Source: a virus
Virus record (IMG/VR): IMGVR_UViG_3300030058_000001
Length of the DNA: 60,131 nt
Reading direction: 5' to 3' (one strand)
Positions 44,076-53,038 of the stretch are shown piece after piece; the first letter of the stretch is position 1; every line of letters begins with the position of its first letter. The notes beneath the pieces were generated by a model. That model saw nothing but the letters and a program-made list of their open reading frames with translations. It searched no databases and was not told the origin of the DNA. The position numbers and the translations under genes are program-made.

Positions 44076-44696
44076 TTAGAGCGCCTCCTTGATTTCAAAC
44101 TGCATTCCGTAATAGCGCGCCTCAGTCTCGGACCACTTGCGGACATTGCTCTTTAAGCGGAACAGTCCTTTGGCGTTGCTGAGAATGAGCGGTGCGCCGA
44201 CTGTCGGTGACTCGCGCAGAGGTGGCCAGATGCTGATCGTCGTGTTGCCGGCGCCGTCTGAGTTCACCGGTGAAACAACGCGATAGAGGCGAAACCCGAT
44301 CTGGATCCAGTCCCCAGGCAAGAGCACGTTGAGCGCGTCTGTATACCAGCCTGTTGTCGTTAACGTGTAGCCCGTCTGCGAAGCACCAAACACAACCGGC
44401 GTACCCAAGCCGCTGCCTTGCGGAGCCACTGCGAGCGGATCGCCCCACAGAAAGACGTTGAGCTGACCTCGCAGACTCATCAGAAACGCGATCCATTGCT
44501 GAGCCTGCTTTTGCGTCAGCGGCGGCATCGAGATGGATACCTCGAGCCAGCCTTGCTGCCAGTCCTGCGTCTGCACTTGCGCCGTGAACGGAGACAGACT
44601 TACAGCGACAATTTCTGTAGCCGTAAACTCAACCGTCTGAGGCGCTGATGGTACAGACGGCATCTGCAAGATGGGCAACCCGTTGAAGGTCGACAT
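44076..44696 (-). CDS. distal tail protein (lambda gpM / GTA g12-like)
   Basis: Lies immediately downstream of the tape measure gene. 206 aa. Confidence 0.55.
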   Translation of the reverse strand: MSTFNGLPILQMPSVPSAPQTVEFTATEIVAVSLSPFTAQVQTQDWQQGWLEVSISMPPLTQKQAQQWIAFLMSLRGQLNVFLWGDPLAVAPQGSGLGTPVVFGASQTGYTLTTTGWYTDALNVLLPGDWIQIGFRLYRVVSPVNSDGAGNTTISIWPPLRESPTVGAPLILSNAKGLFRLKSNVRKWSETEARYYGMQFEIKEAL

Positions 44697-44702
44697 TTTC
44701 GA

Positions 44703-47700
44703 TTACCGCCTAGCCGGAACGCGCTTGTCGTGCTCGGCGCCTGCCTGAAGCGACCTATTGATCGCGGAGCCGTGCGCCGCAATGATTGCCTGTCGCGTGC
44801 GCTGTTCTGTCAATGCGGGATCAGTGCCGCGCGCGTCGATGGTGTAATAGGCCGCGGCTCCGGTTGACTCGGATAACATACGCTGTGACCCTGCGTTGCT
44901 TGTGATGTTTCCGGACGCGCCCGACATGATTTCCGGTCCCTGCTCGCCAACAAGATATGCGCTGTCGGGTGACATCGCACCGCCTGAAGCGTGCGGGATT
45001 AGGCTGCCGAGAAGACCTGCAAATAATTTGTTTAACCCGCCGCCACCGCTCCCGCTGTCATCGTCGCCATCGCCGCCGCCACTACCTTCGCCAAGATTGC
45101 CAACGTCACCGCCTGGGCCGCTGCCAAAACCGCCGTCTGCCATCTTCACGTAGAACGGGCTGTTCTTCGAGCCGTCAGCCTTGCCAGCAACCGCGTCGCC
45201 CAGGATGCCACTCATCCCCTTGCCGAGCACACCGCTCTTTGCAAGAGCGCCGAGGCCTCTCTGCATGCCCGACTTGAGCGACGAGTCGAGCATCTCCTTG
45301 CCGATATCCTTAAACATCTTTCCGAAGTCTGCCTTACCCCCCGTGATTAGCGATGTCAGGTTGGTGGAGAGCTTTGTAAAGGTTGAGTTCAGCGCGTCGT
45401 AAATAATCTTTGAAGCCGTCTCTGCCTGCTTCTCCATGTTAAGAAAGAATGCATCCACGCCTGCCATTGCGCTGTCTTGGCGCAAGAGATCGTCAACCGT
45501 TCGGTCGACCATCTTGTTGAATAACTCTTGCTGCCGTGCGTTCACCTCCATCTGTTCTCCGTAACTCAGCGCAGTGCCGCGAAGCGTTACGAGAGCAGCT
45601 TCCGCGTGGTTTAGCGCGTCTAGCTCGCGAACGTACTGCTCATAGGGCGACAGTAACGTGAGAGCTTCTTTCGCGTCTGCTTCTGCATACTCCGCATTGG
45701 TAAGCGCAACCACCGCGGCACGTTCATTCATGAGCCCTTTCCTCATCGCTTCAGGCGCATCCGCTATTTGTTTATCCAGCGCGACCAGCTTCGCCGCCTG
45801 CGCCGCGGCTCGCTGCGCGTCGATGCTTCCCAACGTTGCGGCGGTCACGAGCTGCCGCGCCGTCAGCTCCTGCTTCATGCCAATCACGTTGGCGGCAATC
45901 TCCTCGTTCTCCTTCGCCAGTCCAGCACGATAGAGATCCGCCGAACGAGCGAGTATCTGATCCAGAGTCGCGCCCTTCGAGCGCAGCTCGTTCCAGGCTT
46001 CATCGAGCGCACTCTGCCGCGCAACAGCATCGCTGCCTTTGTTCATGGCTGCGATCATCAAACCGGATTGGCTTATGCTCAGCGCGGTCGCGCGCGATCC
46101 CACGCCGATGATGTCGTTTAGCTTCGCCTTAGCGTCGTTGTCAGAGAGCTGCGCATTGTCCTGGCGAATGATGGCCTGCGTCGCAGCGTCGACCAAAGAC
46201 ACATAGTCCTTCGTCTGGTTGTGAGTCGCCTTGGCAATCTCCTGGCCCAGCTTCATGATCTCGTTGCTGGCCTTGTTTTGCGCGGCAACCTTTCGCTGCG
46301 CCTCTTCTTCCAAGCCGGATGCGGCGACCACTTGTGCGGACTCGGCAACCTTCTCCTGAAGATCCGCCAGGAGCCTGCTCGTCGGATCGTCCGTCGTCTG
46401 CTTACCCAGGCCGGAGGTATCTGCTGGTGGCAGCGCCGGCTTAGCTCCAGGCGTCGGCGCAACCCCCGTGGTCGCTCCTTTTGCTTCACGCTCGGCCTTC
46501 GCTTGGTCCAAAGCGTTGATGGCCCACTTCGGCGCGAGCTGTCCGAGAATACCGGCTGCCCACGTAAGAGCTTCGCCGAACCATTTCTTGAACAGCGCGA
46601 CGATGGCCGACCCGGCGAACCACGCCATGAAGCTGGTCCACGCGCCGCGCATGACGTTCACGAGCTTCATGAACTCCCCGCCAACCCAGGACAGTGCTTT
46701 GCCCATGACGATCCAGGCGGCATTCCAGATGTCACGGATTTGGTATGTCGTGCCCGCGAGGCTAAAGACGCTGTTTCGGAACTTGAACAGCACCAGGCCT
46801 AACGCCGCGATAGCGCCGATTGTCAGGGTTACCGGTCCCAGCACAGTGGCGAAGGCGCCGCCGAGTACGTAGCTCGCCGCGGCCGCGATGCCTTCCTCCG
46901 ACGCCAGCATAGCCACGAATCGCGCTGTATAGCTTGCCCAACTAGCGAACGCGGTGAGCTGTGGCAGAACCCGACCAAGACCCAAAAGGCTGACCGCGAG
47001 CCGGGCGACTCCCGCACCAGCTTTCTCGATTCCGCCGCCGGCAAGATCTGCGATAAGCGGTATCGCGATCTTGCCCAGTTGGATCGCGACGAGCGCCTCG
47101 AGCGCAATCTTTAGGGCGTGCGCATGAGCTACCGCAAACCCCAGGGCGTCGCCCATGAAGCGAATCGCCGTTGTGACGCCACCGCCGAACGTCTTGGCCA
47201 AGTCCTGAAGATTGCCCGCGCTCGCAAGCTGAACCAGTTTGCTGAGCAGCTCTTCCAGCGCCGGTAGCGTCGCCGCCATCAGAGAGAAGCCCATCCCTTC
47301 GAAGACGGCTTTTAGCTTCTCCAGATCGTCATGAGCCTTGACCGCGACCTCACCCGTTGAGGTTGACAGCACCAGCCCGAAGCGATGCGCTTCGTCGTTG
47401 ATCTCAGCCTGTTTGCGCCCGTACTCGTCAAGCATCGGGATCATTGCAGCGCCGCCCCTACCGAAGAGCGCCATCGCAAGCGCAGTCTTCCCGGCGCCGT
47501 CCGCCATGTGCGCGAACTTGATTGACACGTCCTGCATCATTAGGCCGGAGTCCCTGAGCTTCCCGTTGCTGTCCAGGTAGGTGACGCCAAGCCTGCTGAA
47601 GATGTGTTCGAGCTGGACGTTTCCGTTCTGCGCCTTGAAGGCGGATTGACTCAGCTTCTCCAGCCCTTTGGTGACGGTCTCCAGCGACGTTCCGTTGAGC

Positions 47701-47984
47701 TTCGCAGCATAGTTTAGCTCCGACATGCGCTCTGTCGTTGTGCCAGCTGCCTGGGCCGCCTTGGTCAGTGCAAAGGCCGAGTCGATAGAACTCTTGATCA
47801 GCGCCGCGGTGCCGGTGGCAATAGCTGCTGCCATCGCGACTCCCGCGACGGCCATCTTCTCAAGGGATCGTTTGATGTCGTTCGCAGTCTTCGCTGAGAG
47901 CTGCGACATTTTGTCCATCGATTTTGAGAAGGAGGCAGTGTTTGCCTGAAGATCGATGGTCAACGTACCAATAACAACGCTCAT
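44703..47984 (-). CDS. tail tape measure protein
   Basis: 1093 aa, helical Ala/Leu/Lys-rich with hydrophobic central segments and a Gly-rich C-terminus. Follows the chaperone pair. Confidence 0.85.
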   Translation of the reverse strand: MSVVIGTLTIDLQANTASFSKSMDKMSQLSAKTANDIKRSLEKMAVAGVAMAAAIATGTAALIKSSIDSAFALTKAAQAAGTTTERMSELNYAAKLNGTSLETVTKGLEKLSQSAFKAQNGNVQLEHIFSRLGVTYLDSNGKLRDSGLMMQDVSIKFAHMADGAGKTALAMALFGRGGAAMIPMLDEYGRKQAEINDEAHRFGLVLSTSTGEVAVKAHDDLEKLKAVFEGMGFSLMAATLPALEELLSKLVQLASAGNLQDLAKTFGGGVTTAIRFMGDALGFAVAHAHALKIALEALVAIQLGKIAIPLIADLAGGGIEKAGAGVARLAVSLLGLGRVLPQLTAFASWASYTARFVAMLASEEGIAAAASYVLGGAFATVLGPVTLTIGAIAALGLVLFKFRNSVFSLAGTTYQIRDIWNAAWIVMGKALSWVGGEFMKLVNVMRGAWTSFMAWFAGSAIVALFKKWFGEALTWAAGILGQLAPKWAINALDQAKAEREAKGATTGVAPTPGAKPALPPADTSGLGKQTTDDPTSRLLADLQEKVAESAQVVAASGLEEEAQRKVAAQNKASNEIMKLGQEIAKATHNQTKDYVSLVDAATQAIIRQDNAQLSDNDAKAKLNDIIGVGSRATALSISQSGLMIAAMNKGSDAVARQSALDEAWNELRSKGATLDQILARSADLYRAGLAKENEEIAANVIGMKQELTARQLVTAATLGSIDAQRAAAQAAKLVALDKQIADAPEAMRKGLMNERAAVVALTNAEYAEADAKEALTLLSPYEQYVRELDALNHAEAALVTLRGTALSYGEQMEVNARQQELFNKMVDRTVDDLLRQDSAMAGVDAFFLNMEKQAETASKIIYDALNSTFTKLSTNLTSLITGGKADFGKMFKDIGKEMLDSSLKSGMQRGLGALAKSGVLGKGMSGILGDAVAGKADGSKNSPFYVKMADGGFGSGPGGDVGNLGEGSGGGDGDDDSGSGGGGLNKLFAGLLGSLIPHASGGAMSPDSAYLVGEQGPEIMSGASGNITSNAGSQRMLSESTGAAAYYTIDARGTDPALTEQRTRQAIIAAHGSAINRSLQAGAEHDKRVPARR

Positions 47985-48370
47985 GCTGCTCCTTTCGTTG
48001 GTTGGCGTTTCTTGATGTGAGCGAAGGCTGCCATGATGTCTTCGCCAGTGACCGGCTTGAGTGGCTGCGGTGGCAGCTTGTGGAGCATGAAGACCTCTGG
48101 GCTGAGGGGCCTGTCAGGGCGACAAAATGAGTAATTCGCGGAGGTCGCCGCGATGATACCGACGAGCAACTCCTCACGCTGTAACTGCTGGAGCTGTCGC
48201 TTGCGTAGCGCGTGAAGCTGGCGCGGTGTCATCTCCAGCCACTCGTCGTCTGTCAGTTGCAGTTCCTGTCGGGCAACTGCCCAGGCGTCTAGCCAAGTGA
48301 TCGGCGGTCCTACTCGACCGCCCGAATAGGGTCCGCTACATCCCCCTCCGCTGGCATTGAGGCAGCCCAC
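47981..48370 (-). CDS. tail assembly chaperone, downstream (T-like) frame
   Basis: Overlaps the 3' end of 48310..48660 in the -1 frame. Sits between the major tail and tape measure genes. Confidence 0.5.
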   Translation of the reverse strand: MGCLNASGGGCSGPYSGGRVGPPITWLDAWAVARQELQLTDDEWLEMTPRQLHALRKRQLQQLQREELLVGIIAATSANYSFCRPDRPLSPEVFMLHKLPPQPLKPVTGEDIMAAFAHIKKRQPTKGAA

Positions 48371-48660
48371 GCCTTGAGTAGTCCTTCTTGAAGCATGGCG
48401 ATGTTGTGAGGGCCGATCATGTCACCGATCTGCTCAAGTGTGTATTTTGCCCCGGCGCGCTTCAGAGCGAGATACAGCAGTGCGCGTATCAGTTTGGCCG
48501 ACGGACGCACAATGTTCGCTTCTCCGGTCAGTACGTTCAGCCCAGTAAGTTCTTCGCAGTCGATCAGCACGTTATGTGTGATCACGATTGGCCAGTCAGC
48601 ACCGTCGAGTCGTACCTCAACCTTTTCGATGAGCCTGTCCGCCAACTGTTTCTTCGTCAC
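48310..48660 (-). CDS. tail assembly chaperone (G-like)
   Basis: 116 aa, directly after the major tail gene. Canonical position. Confidence 0.6.
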   Translation of the reverse strand: MTKKQLADRLIEKVEVRLDGADWPIVITHNVLIDCEELTGLNVLTGEANIVRPSAKLIRALLYLALKRAGAKYTLEQIGDMIGPHNIAMLQEGLLKAWAASMPAEGDVADPIRAVE

Positions 48661-48671
48661 GTGCTACTCCC

Positions 48672-49121
48672 TTAAACGACAGTTTCGGTAACAGTGCCGG
48701 TCATCTCGATGGTCATCGTGAACTCACTCAGCTTGCTCGGTTCATATGGACCGTTGTCATACTTCGAGATAAATCCTTCGCCAGACAGCGTGTAGACTTG
48801 AGTGCCCGAGTTAATAGGCGCGGTGATCTTGAATGGAAATACGGAGCGGCTTTCCGCCATGCTGAGGATGCTGAGCTGCGTCGTGTCCCCGATAAAGTTG
48901 CCGCTCATCTCAACGGTCCCAGGCTTTATCAGTCCAGGCAGTTTTTCCTCAGTAGCGTTGGGACTCTGAAGATGTGTTGCGTCAATCGACGGTATGCTCG
49001 CGATGCTGGGCTTGATGCTCTTAACTTCCGCCATCTGCACATAAGACAGCGGGCTAACGGCAGGGTTGGCAATCGAGAACGTTGCAAGATAGCCAATGGA
49101 TGCTTTGGTCGATGTGGTCAT
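48672..49121 (-). CDS. major tail protein
   Basis: 149 aa from ATG 49121 (MTTSTKASIGYLATF...). Position upstream of the chaperones. Resembles TP901-1/GTA g9-type tube proteins. Confidence 0.65.
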   Translation of the reverse strand: MTTSTKASIGYLATFSIANPAVSPLSYVQMAEVKSIKPSIASIPSIDATHLQSPNATEEKLPGLIKPGTVEMSGNFIGDTTQLSILSMAESRSVFPFKITAPINSGTQVYTLSGEGFISKYDNGPYEPSKLSEFTMTIEMTGTVTETVV

Positions 49122-49162
49122 GGCGGTTTTAGGTCTCCGTGGGTGACGTGTGGTTGGGCAAT

Positions 49163-49189
49163 AAAAAAGGCCGCTCAACCGAGCGACCT
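49163..49189 (-). terminator. Rho-independent terminator candidate within the late block
   Basis: Minus strand: GGTCGCTC-ggtt-GAGCGGCC followed by TTTTTT. Confidence 0.5.
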
Positions 49190-49217
49190 TGTGGACGTGG
49201 CGATGATTCTGGCTACT

Positions 49218-49610
49218 CTAGTCTGACCAGATCAGATACTCGAGCATTCGCCGGAAGCTCCTGCTGCCGGTATCAAAAAAGTCCAGAGTGTTTGTATGAA
49301 AGCAGCCTTGCACCACGGTTGCATCGGGATCCGTGAGCGTGCCCCTGTAGCCGCTTGCAACAAGGTCGATGGCCTTGGCCAATGAGATTGCGTCTGCGGC
49401 CGTGCTTCCGTAGCAGTCAACCTGTATTCGGCGCGGCGCGAGTGTTTCTGGACCGCTCAGAAGATAATCAGTGGGATCTGAAACAACAGCATAGGTCCAT
49501 GTCGGCAATACGAAGTCCGGTGGCAACTGGGCGTTAAACCCGCCTGTCGCAGCTATCGCGCTGACGCCGGCGTCACCCTGGACAAGCTCCACGAATCCTT
49601 GTTCAATCAT
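49218..49610 (-). CDS. tail completion / head-tail joining protein (DUF3168-like)
   Basis: 130 aa. Position after the gp10-like gene. Confidence 0.5.
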   Translation of the reverse strand: MIEQGFVELVQGDAGVSAIAATGGFNAQLPPDFVLPTWTYAVVSDPTDYLLSGPETLAPRRIQVDCYGSTAADAISLAKAIDLVASGYRGTLTDPDATVVQGCFHTNTLDFFDTGSRSFRRMLEYLIWSD

Positions 49611-50044
49611 GATTTTAGTGAATCGACACCTTGGCGCATCACCGCGGTGAAGGCATCCAGCGCTGCCCGATTTGACTCGTCGAAGCCTGGACGCATGAAA
49701 GGTTGCTTGTCGCCGTGCACGGAGCCGAACTCTACAAAAAGGCCGTATAGACCTGGAGACTGGCTACCATCCTCTTTCTTGTATTCAGGACCGATTAGTG
49801 CATAACCTTTTTCTTCCTTGGCCGAGAGTTTGATCTTTGAATGTATTGAGTCGCGAAGCTCGCCAGGCTCGCGCTGTGGCGTGCCCTCCTTGAGCACTGG
49901 GGCTAGCGCCTTTACTGCCGCAACCATAGTATCCGCGCCAGCATTCAGGCCAGCACGCAGAGCACGCTTGGCGAGCTTCGGACCGGCATCCCGGAGTGCA
50001 CCCTCTACACCTTCGAGGTCTAGAACGTTTACAGTGATGTCCAC
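49607..50044 (-). CDS. HK97 gp10-family head-tail joining protein
   Basis: LAKRALRAGLNAGADTMVAAVKALAPV...GELRDSI pattern. Confidence 0.6.
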   Translation of the reverse strand: MDITVNVLDLEGVEGALRDAGPKLAKRALRAGLNAGADTMVAAVKALAPVLKEGTPQREPGELRDSIHSKIKLSAKEEKGYALIGPEYKKEDGSQSPGLYGLFVEFGSVHGDKQPFMRPGFDESNRAALDAFTAVMRQGVDSLKS

Positions 50045-50415
50045 TACTGCGGCCGGGTGCTTCCTGCGCCCACGGGCTGCTCTGCTGCCGGCGCGCTCAC
50101 CTGTTGCAGGTTGATCGGACCGAATGTCTGTTCATACTGGGCCAGGTGCTGTCCGAGAAGATTCCACACGGCCTTCGCCTGTTGCGGACTGAGGTCGATG
50201 GCTTGAAAGACGTTCACGGTCAGATTATCAGCGGTCTGCGCGGTCCTGCCGAACTTGAGACGGAAGTCCCAGACACTCAACTTCACCTCAACGCTGTTGG
50301 CATAGCCCTCGCGATACTCCGGCGCGTTCACCTGTGAAACGGTCAGTTGCGAAGCCTTTGCGGGCCGCTCTACGACTTCAATCTGTCTCTTTGACTTCCC
50401 TTTCATTGTGCCCAT
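50044..50415 (-). CDS. hypothetical protein (DUF3467-like?)
   Basis: YANSVEVKLSVWDFRLKFG resembles the DUF3467 core. Confidence 0.4.
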   Translation of the reverse strand: MGTMKGKSKRQIEVVERPAKASQLTVSQVNAPEYREGYANSVEVKLSVWDFRLKFGRTAQTADNLTVNVFQAIDLSPQQAKAVWNLLGQHLAQYEQTFGPINLQQVSAPAAEQPVGAGSTRPQ

Positions 50416-50439
50416 CTCTCCTCCCTGTTGGATCTTGCG

Positions 50440-50784
50440 TTATTGATTAAGCCCCATGGCGAGGCACGTCAACACTAGAATCACGTTGCGCTCGCCTGGG
50501 TTTTCGATTGCCTGAATGATATAGGTCTCGCCCATGTCGGATTGGATCCGCATGTTTGGCAGAATGCCGGTCTGCCAGCGAATCTTTATTGTCAGGTAAA
50601 CCTGGGTGACGTCCTGCCCAGCCTTGAGCATGTCAATCCCGCGCACAGGATCAATTGATGCCCAGGTGGTTAACCAAGGAGCCCACGTCATCACCGTGCC
50701 GGAGATATTCGTTCCCTTAACCTGCTGCAGGAACGTAATCTGGTGAACCATCTTGCCCGGATCAACCTTCGGCCACGACGACAT
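50440..50784 (-). CDS. head-tail adaptor (SPP1 gp16 / HK97 gp9-like head closure)
   Basis: 114 aa. ...WASIDPVRG...VTQVYLTIKIRW...YIIQAIENPGERN. Confidence 0.65.
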   Translation of the reverse strand: MSSWPKVDPGKMVHQITFLQQVKGTNISGTVMTWAPWLTTWASIDPVRGIDMLKAGQDVTQVYLTIKIRWQTGILPNMRIQSDMGETYIIQAIENPGERNVILVLTCLAMGLNQ

Positions 50785-50789
50785 CAGTT

Positions 50790-51494
50790 TTACCTCGCCC
50801 TAACGTTCGCGCCGTATGTGAGGCAGGACGTCACGGTGTACGGATATTCCTGCCCTGGGCCAGCACCCTTTTCAAACGGGAGCCGGTTGTTATACCACGC
50901 CGAGATCAGTAGCTTCATTCCGGTCTTAATGCGTGCCCCAGGGCCCTGCCAGAATGGATCGGTCAACGCATAGCCGCTGGTGAAGCGCACAAGGATTGCA
51001 GAGCTTGGCCATGGCGTGAACGTCGGCCAGGTTGCGTTATAGGGCGGCGCCAGGATGCCTGGACCCTTTGAGGCATCCACGATGTAGTCAACGTCCTCCA
51101 CCATTGCCGTGACGTCGCCGTTAGAGTCCGTGTACTGCACCAGATCAACGGACTGAAGCGGCTTGCGCATCTCAACCCGATACGACGGCCAATAGTCATG
51201 GCACAGGTCGAATTGCTTTTGCACGAGATCTTGGTTCTGAAGTATTTCCGCCTGCTCGCGAGCCGCAGAAATGAACTCCGTGAGTTGCGCATCCTCCTCT
51301 GGGTCGATTGGTGACCGCTGCGGTACCTTGAGAAACGACTTGATTTCATTAAGCGTGATCACCTCCGTGAAAACTTGCTGAGGAGACGTGACGGTTAGAT
51401 TGAGGCTGCCGTAGACGACGAGTGCCCCGTAGAGCCCGAGGTTCCCATAGGTTCCGTAAGGTCCAACCCCGCCGAATGGATACCAGCTACTCAT
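50790..51494 (-). CDS. gp6-like head-tail connector protein with an N-terminal Gly/Tyr-rich extension
   Basis: LNEIKSFLKV......DAQLTEFISAAREQAE pattern. Confidence 0.6.
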   Translation of the reverse strand: MSSWYPFGGVGPYGTYGNLGLYGALVVYGSLNLTVTSPQQVFTEVITLNEIKSFLKVPQRSPIDPEEDAQLTEFISAAREQAEILQNQDLVQKQFDLCHDYWPSYRVEMRKPLQSVDLVQYTDSNGDVTAMVEDVDYIVDASKGPGILAPPYNATWPTFTPWPSSAILVRFTSGYALTDPFWQGPGARIKTGMKLLISAWYNNRLPFEKGAGPGQEYPYTVTSCLTYGANVRAR

Positions 51495-52198
51495 AGCGTT
51501 ATGACCTCAAGCGGCCCGGCCCACTTGAAGGACGAGCTGGCCGGAAACAGATCGCCGATGACCATGTGGCGGTAACAGTCCTCGAACATATTGTTCGGGT
51601 CAACAGAGTTGTACCAGTGAAATTTCCTTACCCGATCTTCCTTGTGCAGGTAGCCGTAGTGCAGCAGCCTCACAGGGACAGATGTAACGCTGACCAGCAG
51701 CGAGGCCGGAGCCGACGAGCAATGAAAGTTCCCACCGAATCCTGTCCGCTTGAAGGACAGGTCACGGCTGACCAGGCGAAACATAGATGGTCGACGGAAC
51801 TCTTTGTACCAGCGGTCGACGCGCACCTGGGTCTCCATATCCCAGAGGTAGACGATGTGAAATGAAAGGCATGACAGCTTCTGACTCACGGCCCGTGCAA
51901 GCGCCGGCAGATCGTCCTGGTGCAGCGCCTCGTCGCCGTCAACCATGAGGCAGTAGTCACCAAGCGCAGCGCCACCCGCCCACACCTTGTCAAGCAGGTA
52001 ATCCTTATCCCGCGCCTCATGAATGTCTGTGAATGGAGAATCATTCACGACGCAGCCCAGCGCCCTGCAAAGATCCGGAGTTCCGTCGTTTGAGTGGTCA
52101 TCCAGCACGAACACGTCATCGCAGATAGCCTGAATGGATCGCACGACGCGTTCTATCCAGCGCGCCTCATTCTTGACCCGAAGCATCCCGTGAATCAT
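51491..52198 (-). CDS. family-2 glycosyltransferase
   Basis: MLRVKNEARWIERVVRSIQAICDDVFVLDDHSNDGT...MVDGDE (GT-A fold, DxD). Start at the ATGA overlap 52198. Confidence 0.7.
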   Translation of the reverse strand: MIHGMLRVKNEARWIERVVRSIQAICDDVFVLDDHSNDGTPDLCRALGCVVNDSPFTDIHEARDKDYLLDKVWAGGAALGDYCLMVDGDEALHQDDLPALARAVSQKLSCLSFHIVYLWDMETQVRVDRWYKEFRRPSMFRLVSRDLSFKRTGFGGNFHCSSAPASLLVSVTSVPVRLLHYGYLHKEDRVRKFHWYNSVDPNNMFEDCYRHMVIGDLFPASSSFKWAGPLEVITL

Positions 52199-52869
52199 GC
52201 GGGCACGCCCCACTTTTTGCAGTACAACTCCCAGTTCCGCGCATATGACCGCGACGCCAGCGGGTTGCCGCGGTAGCTGCTCGACAGGCTGGCGTGGTCG
52301 ACAAAGCACCCGTCATAGACGCCGCACTTCAGCCCCGCGCGCCTGACCATCTCGCAGTAGTCGCGGTCCTCGACGCCATAGTCCAGGCAGTAACGCTCAT
52401 CGAGCAGCCCAACGGCATTGATGGTGCTGCGTGGGATCAGAACGCAGACAAAGGCGAAGTGCGGCACCTCGCGCGGCCCGCCAGGACAATAGTGTCCTAG
52501 TGGTCTCTGAAGCGGCTGTCCCGTCACGTTGGTTACCGCTCCGATGATGCCGAACTCTGGACACTGTTTTGCCCACGCCTGCAGGGCAGAAAAACCACCG
52601 GCCGTCTCCAGGAGCGCGTCGTCATTGAGCAGAATTACATCGTTGTCGCCGGCTGAAATGATCCCCGTGTTGCAGTTTCTGGCGTAGATGAACTCCTGCT
52701 CTACCTCGCGGACGCGATAGGCGGCCGATGGGGGCGCCCAGTCGTTCCCACGGCTGCGATCCCACACCACGATGACGTCACACTCGTCCAGATGGGTTAC
52801 CGCCTGCACGCAGGGGATCAGGTTGGACATTGTGCGACTCGGGACGATGACTGACAGAGTGCTGTTCAT
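52195..52869 (-). CDS. family-2 glycosyltransferase
   Basis: LSVIVPSRTMSNLIPCVQAV...VILLNDDALL. Confidence 0.7.
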   Translation of the reverse strand: MNSTLSVIVPSRTMSNLIPCVQAVTHLDECDVIVVWDRSRGNDWAPPSAAYRVREVEQEFIYARNCNTGIISAGDNDVILLNDDALLETAGGFSALQAWAKQCPEFGIIGAVTNVTGQPLQRPLGHYCPGGPREVPHFAFVCVLIPRSTINAVGLLDERYCLDYGVEDRDYCEMVRRAGLKCGVYDGCFVDHASLSSSYRGNPLASRSYARNWELYCKKWGVPA

Positions 52870-52879
52870 TGGGCCAGGC

Positions 52880-53038
52880 TCAGATGATCCGAAGAAGCAG
52901 CAGGATCAAGACAATCACGACAATAAGGCTAAGACCGCCGCCGCCGTAGTAGCCAAGACCTGGGCCAAGACGATAGCCGCCAAAACCAAACACCAGCAGC
53001 AGGACGATAAGAACGATGATCACAGGTGAACCTCTCAT
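52880..53038 (-). CDS. 52-aa two-pass membrane protein (DUF3309-like), below the ORF-track cutoff
   Basis: Own translation: MRGSPVIIVLIVLLLVFGFGGYRLGPGLGYYGGGGLSLIVVIVLILLLLRII*. ATGA overlap with the stop of 53035..53622. Confidence 0.55.
   Translation of the reverse strand: MRGSPVIIVLIVLLLVFGFGGYRLGPGLGYYGGGGLSLIVVIVLILLLLRII

Noticed and set aside
39955-47949. Numerous 60-190-aa ORFs inside or antisense to the host-specificity and tape measure genes (e.g. 41552..42040 +, 42594..43055 -, 42656..43120 +, 46221..46802 +, 46468..46872 +)
   Set aside because: They are nested in long, well-supported structural genes. Their composition is Arg/Pro/Ser-biased, as expected for off-frame translation of GC-rich coding DNA.
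52772-53029. Plus-strand ORF 52772..53029 (85 aa, KKQQDQDNHDNKAKT...)
   Set aside because: It is the antisense shadow of the minus-strand 52-aa membrane protein gene (52880..53038), which is ATGA-coupled into the glycosyltransferase operon.
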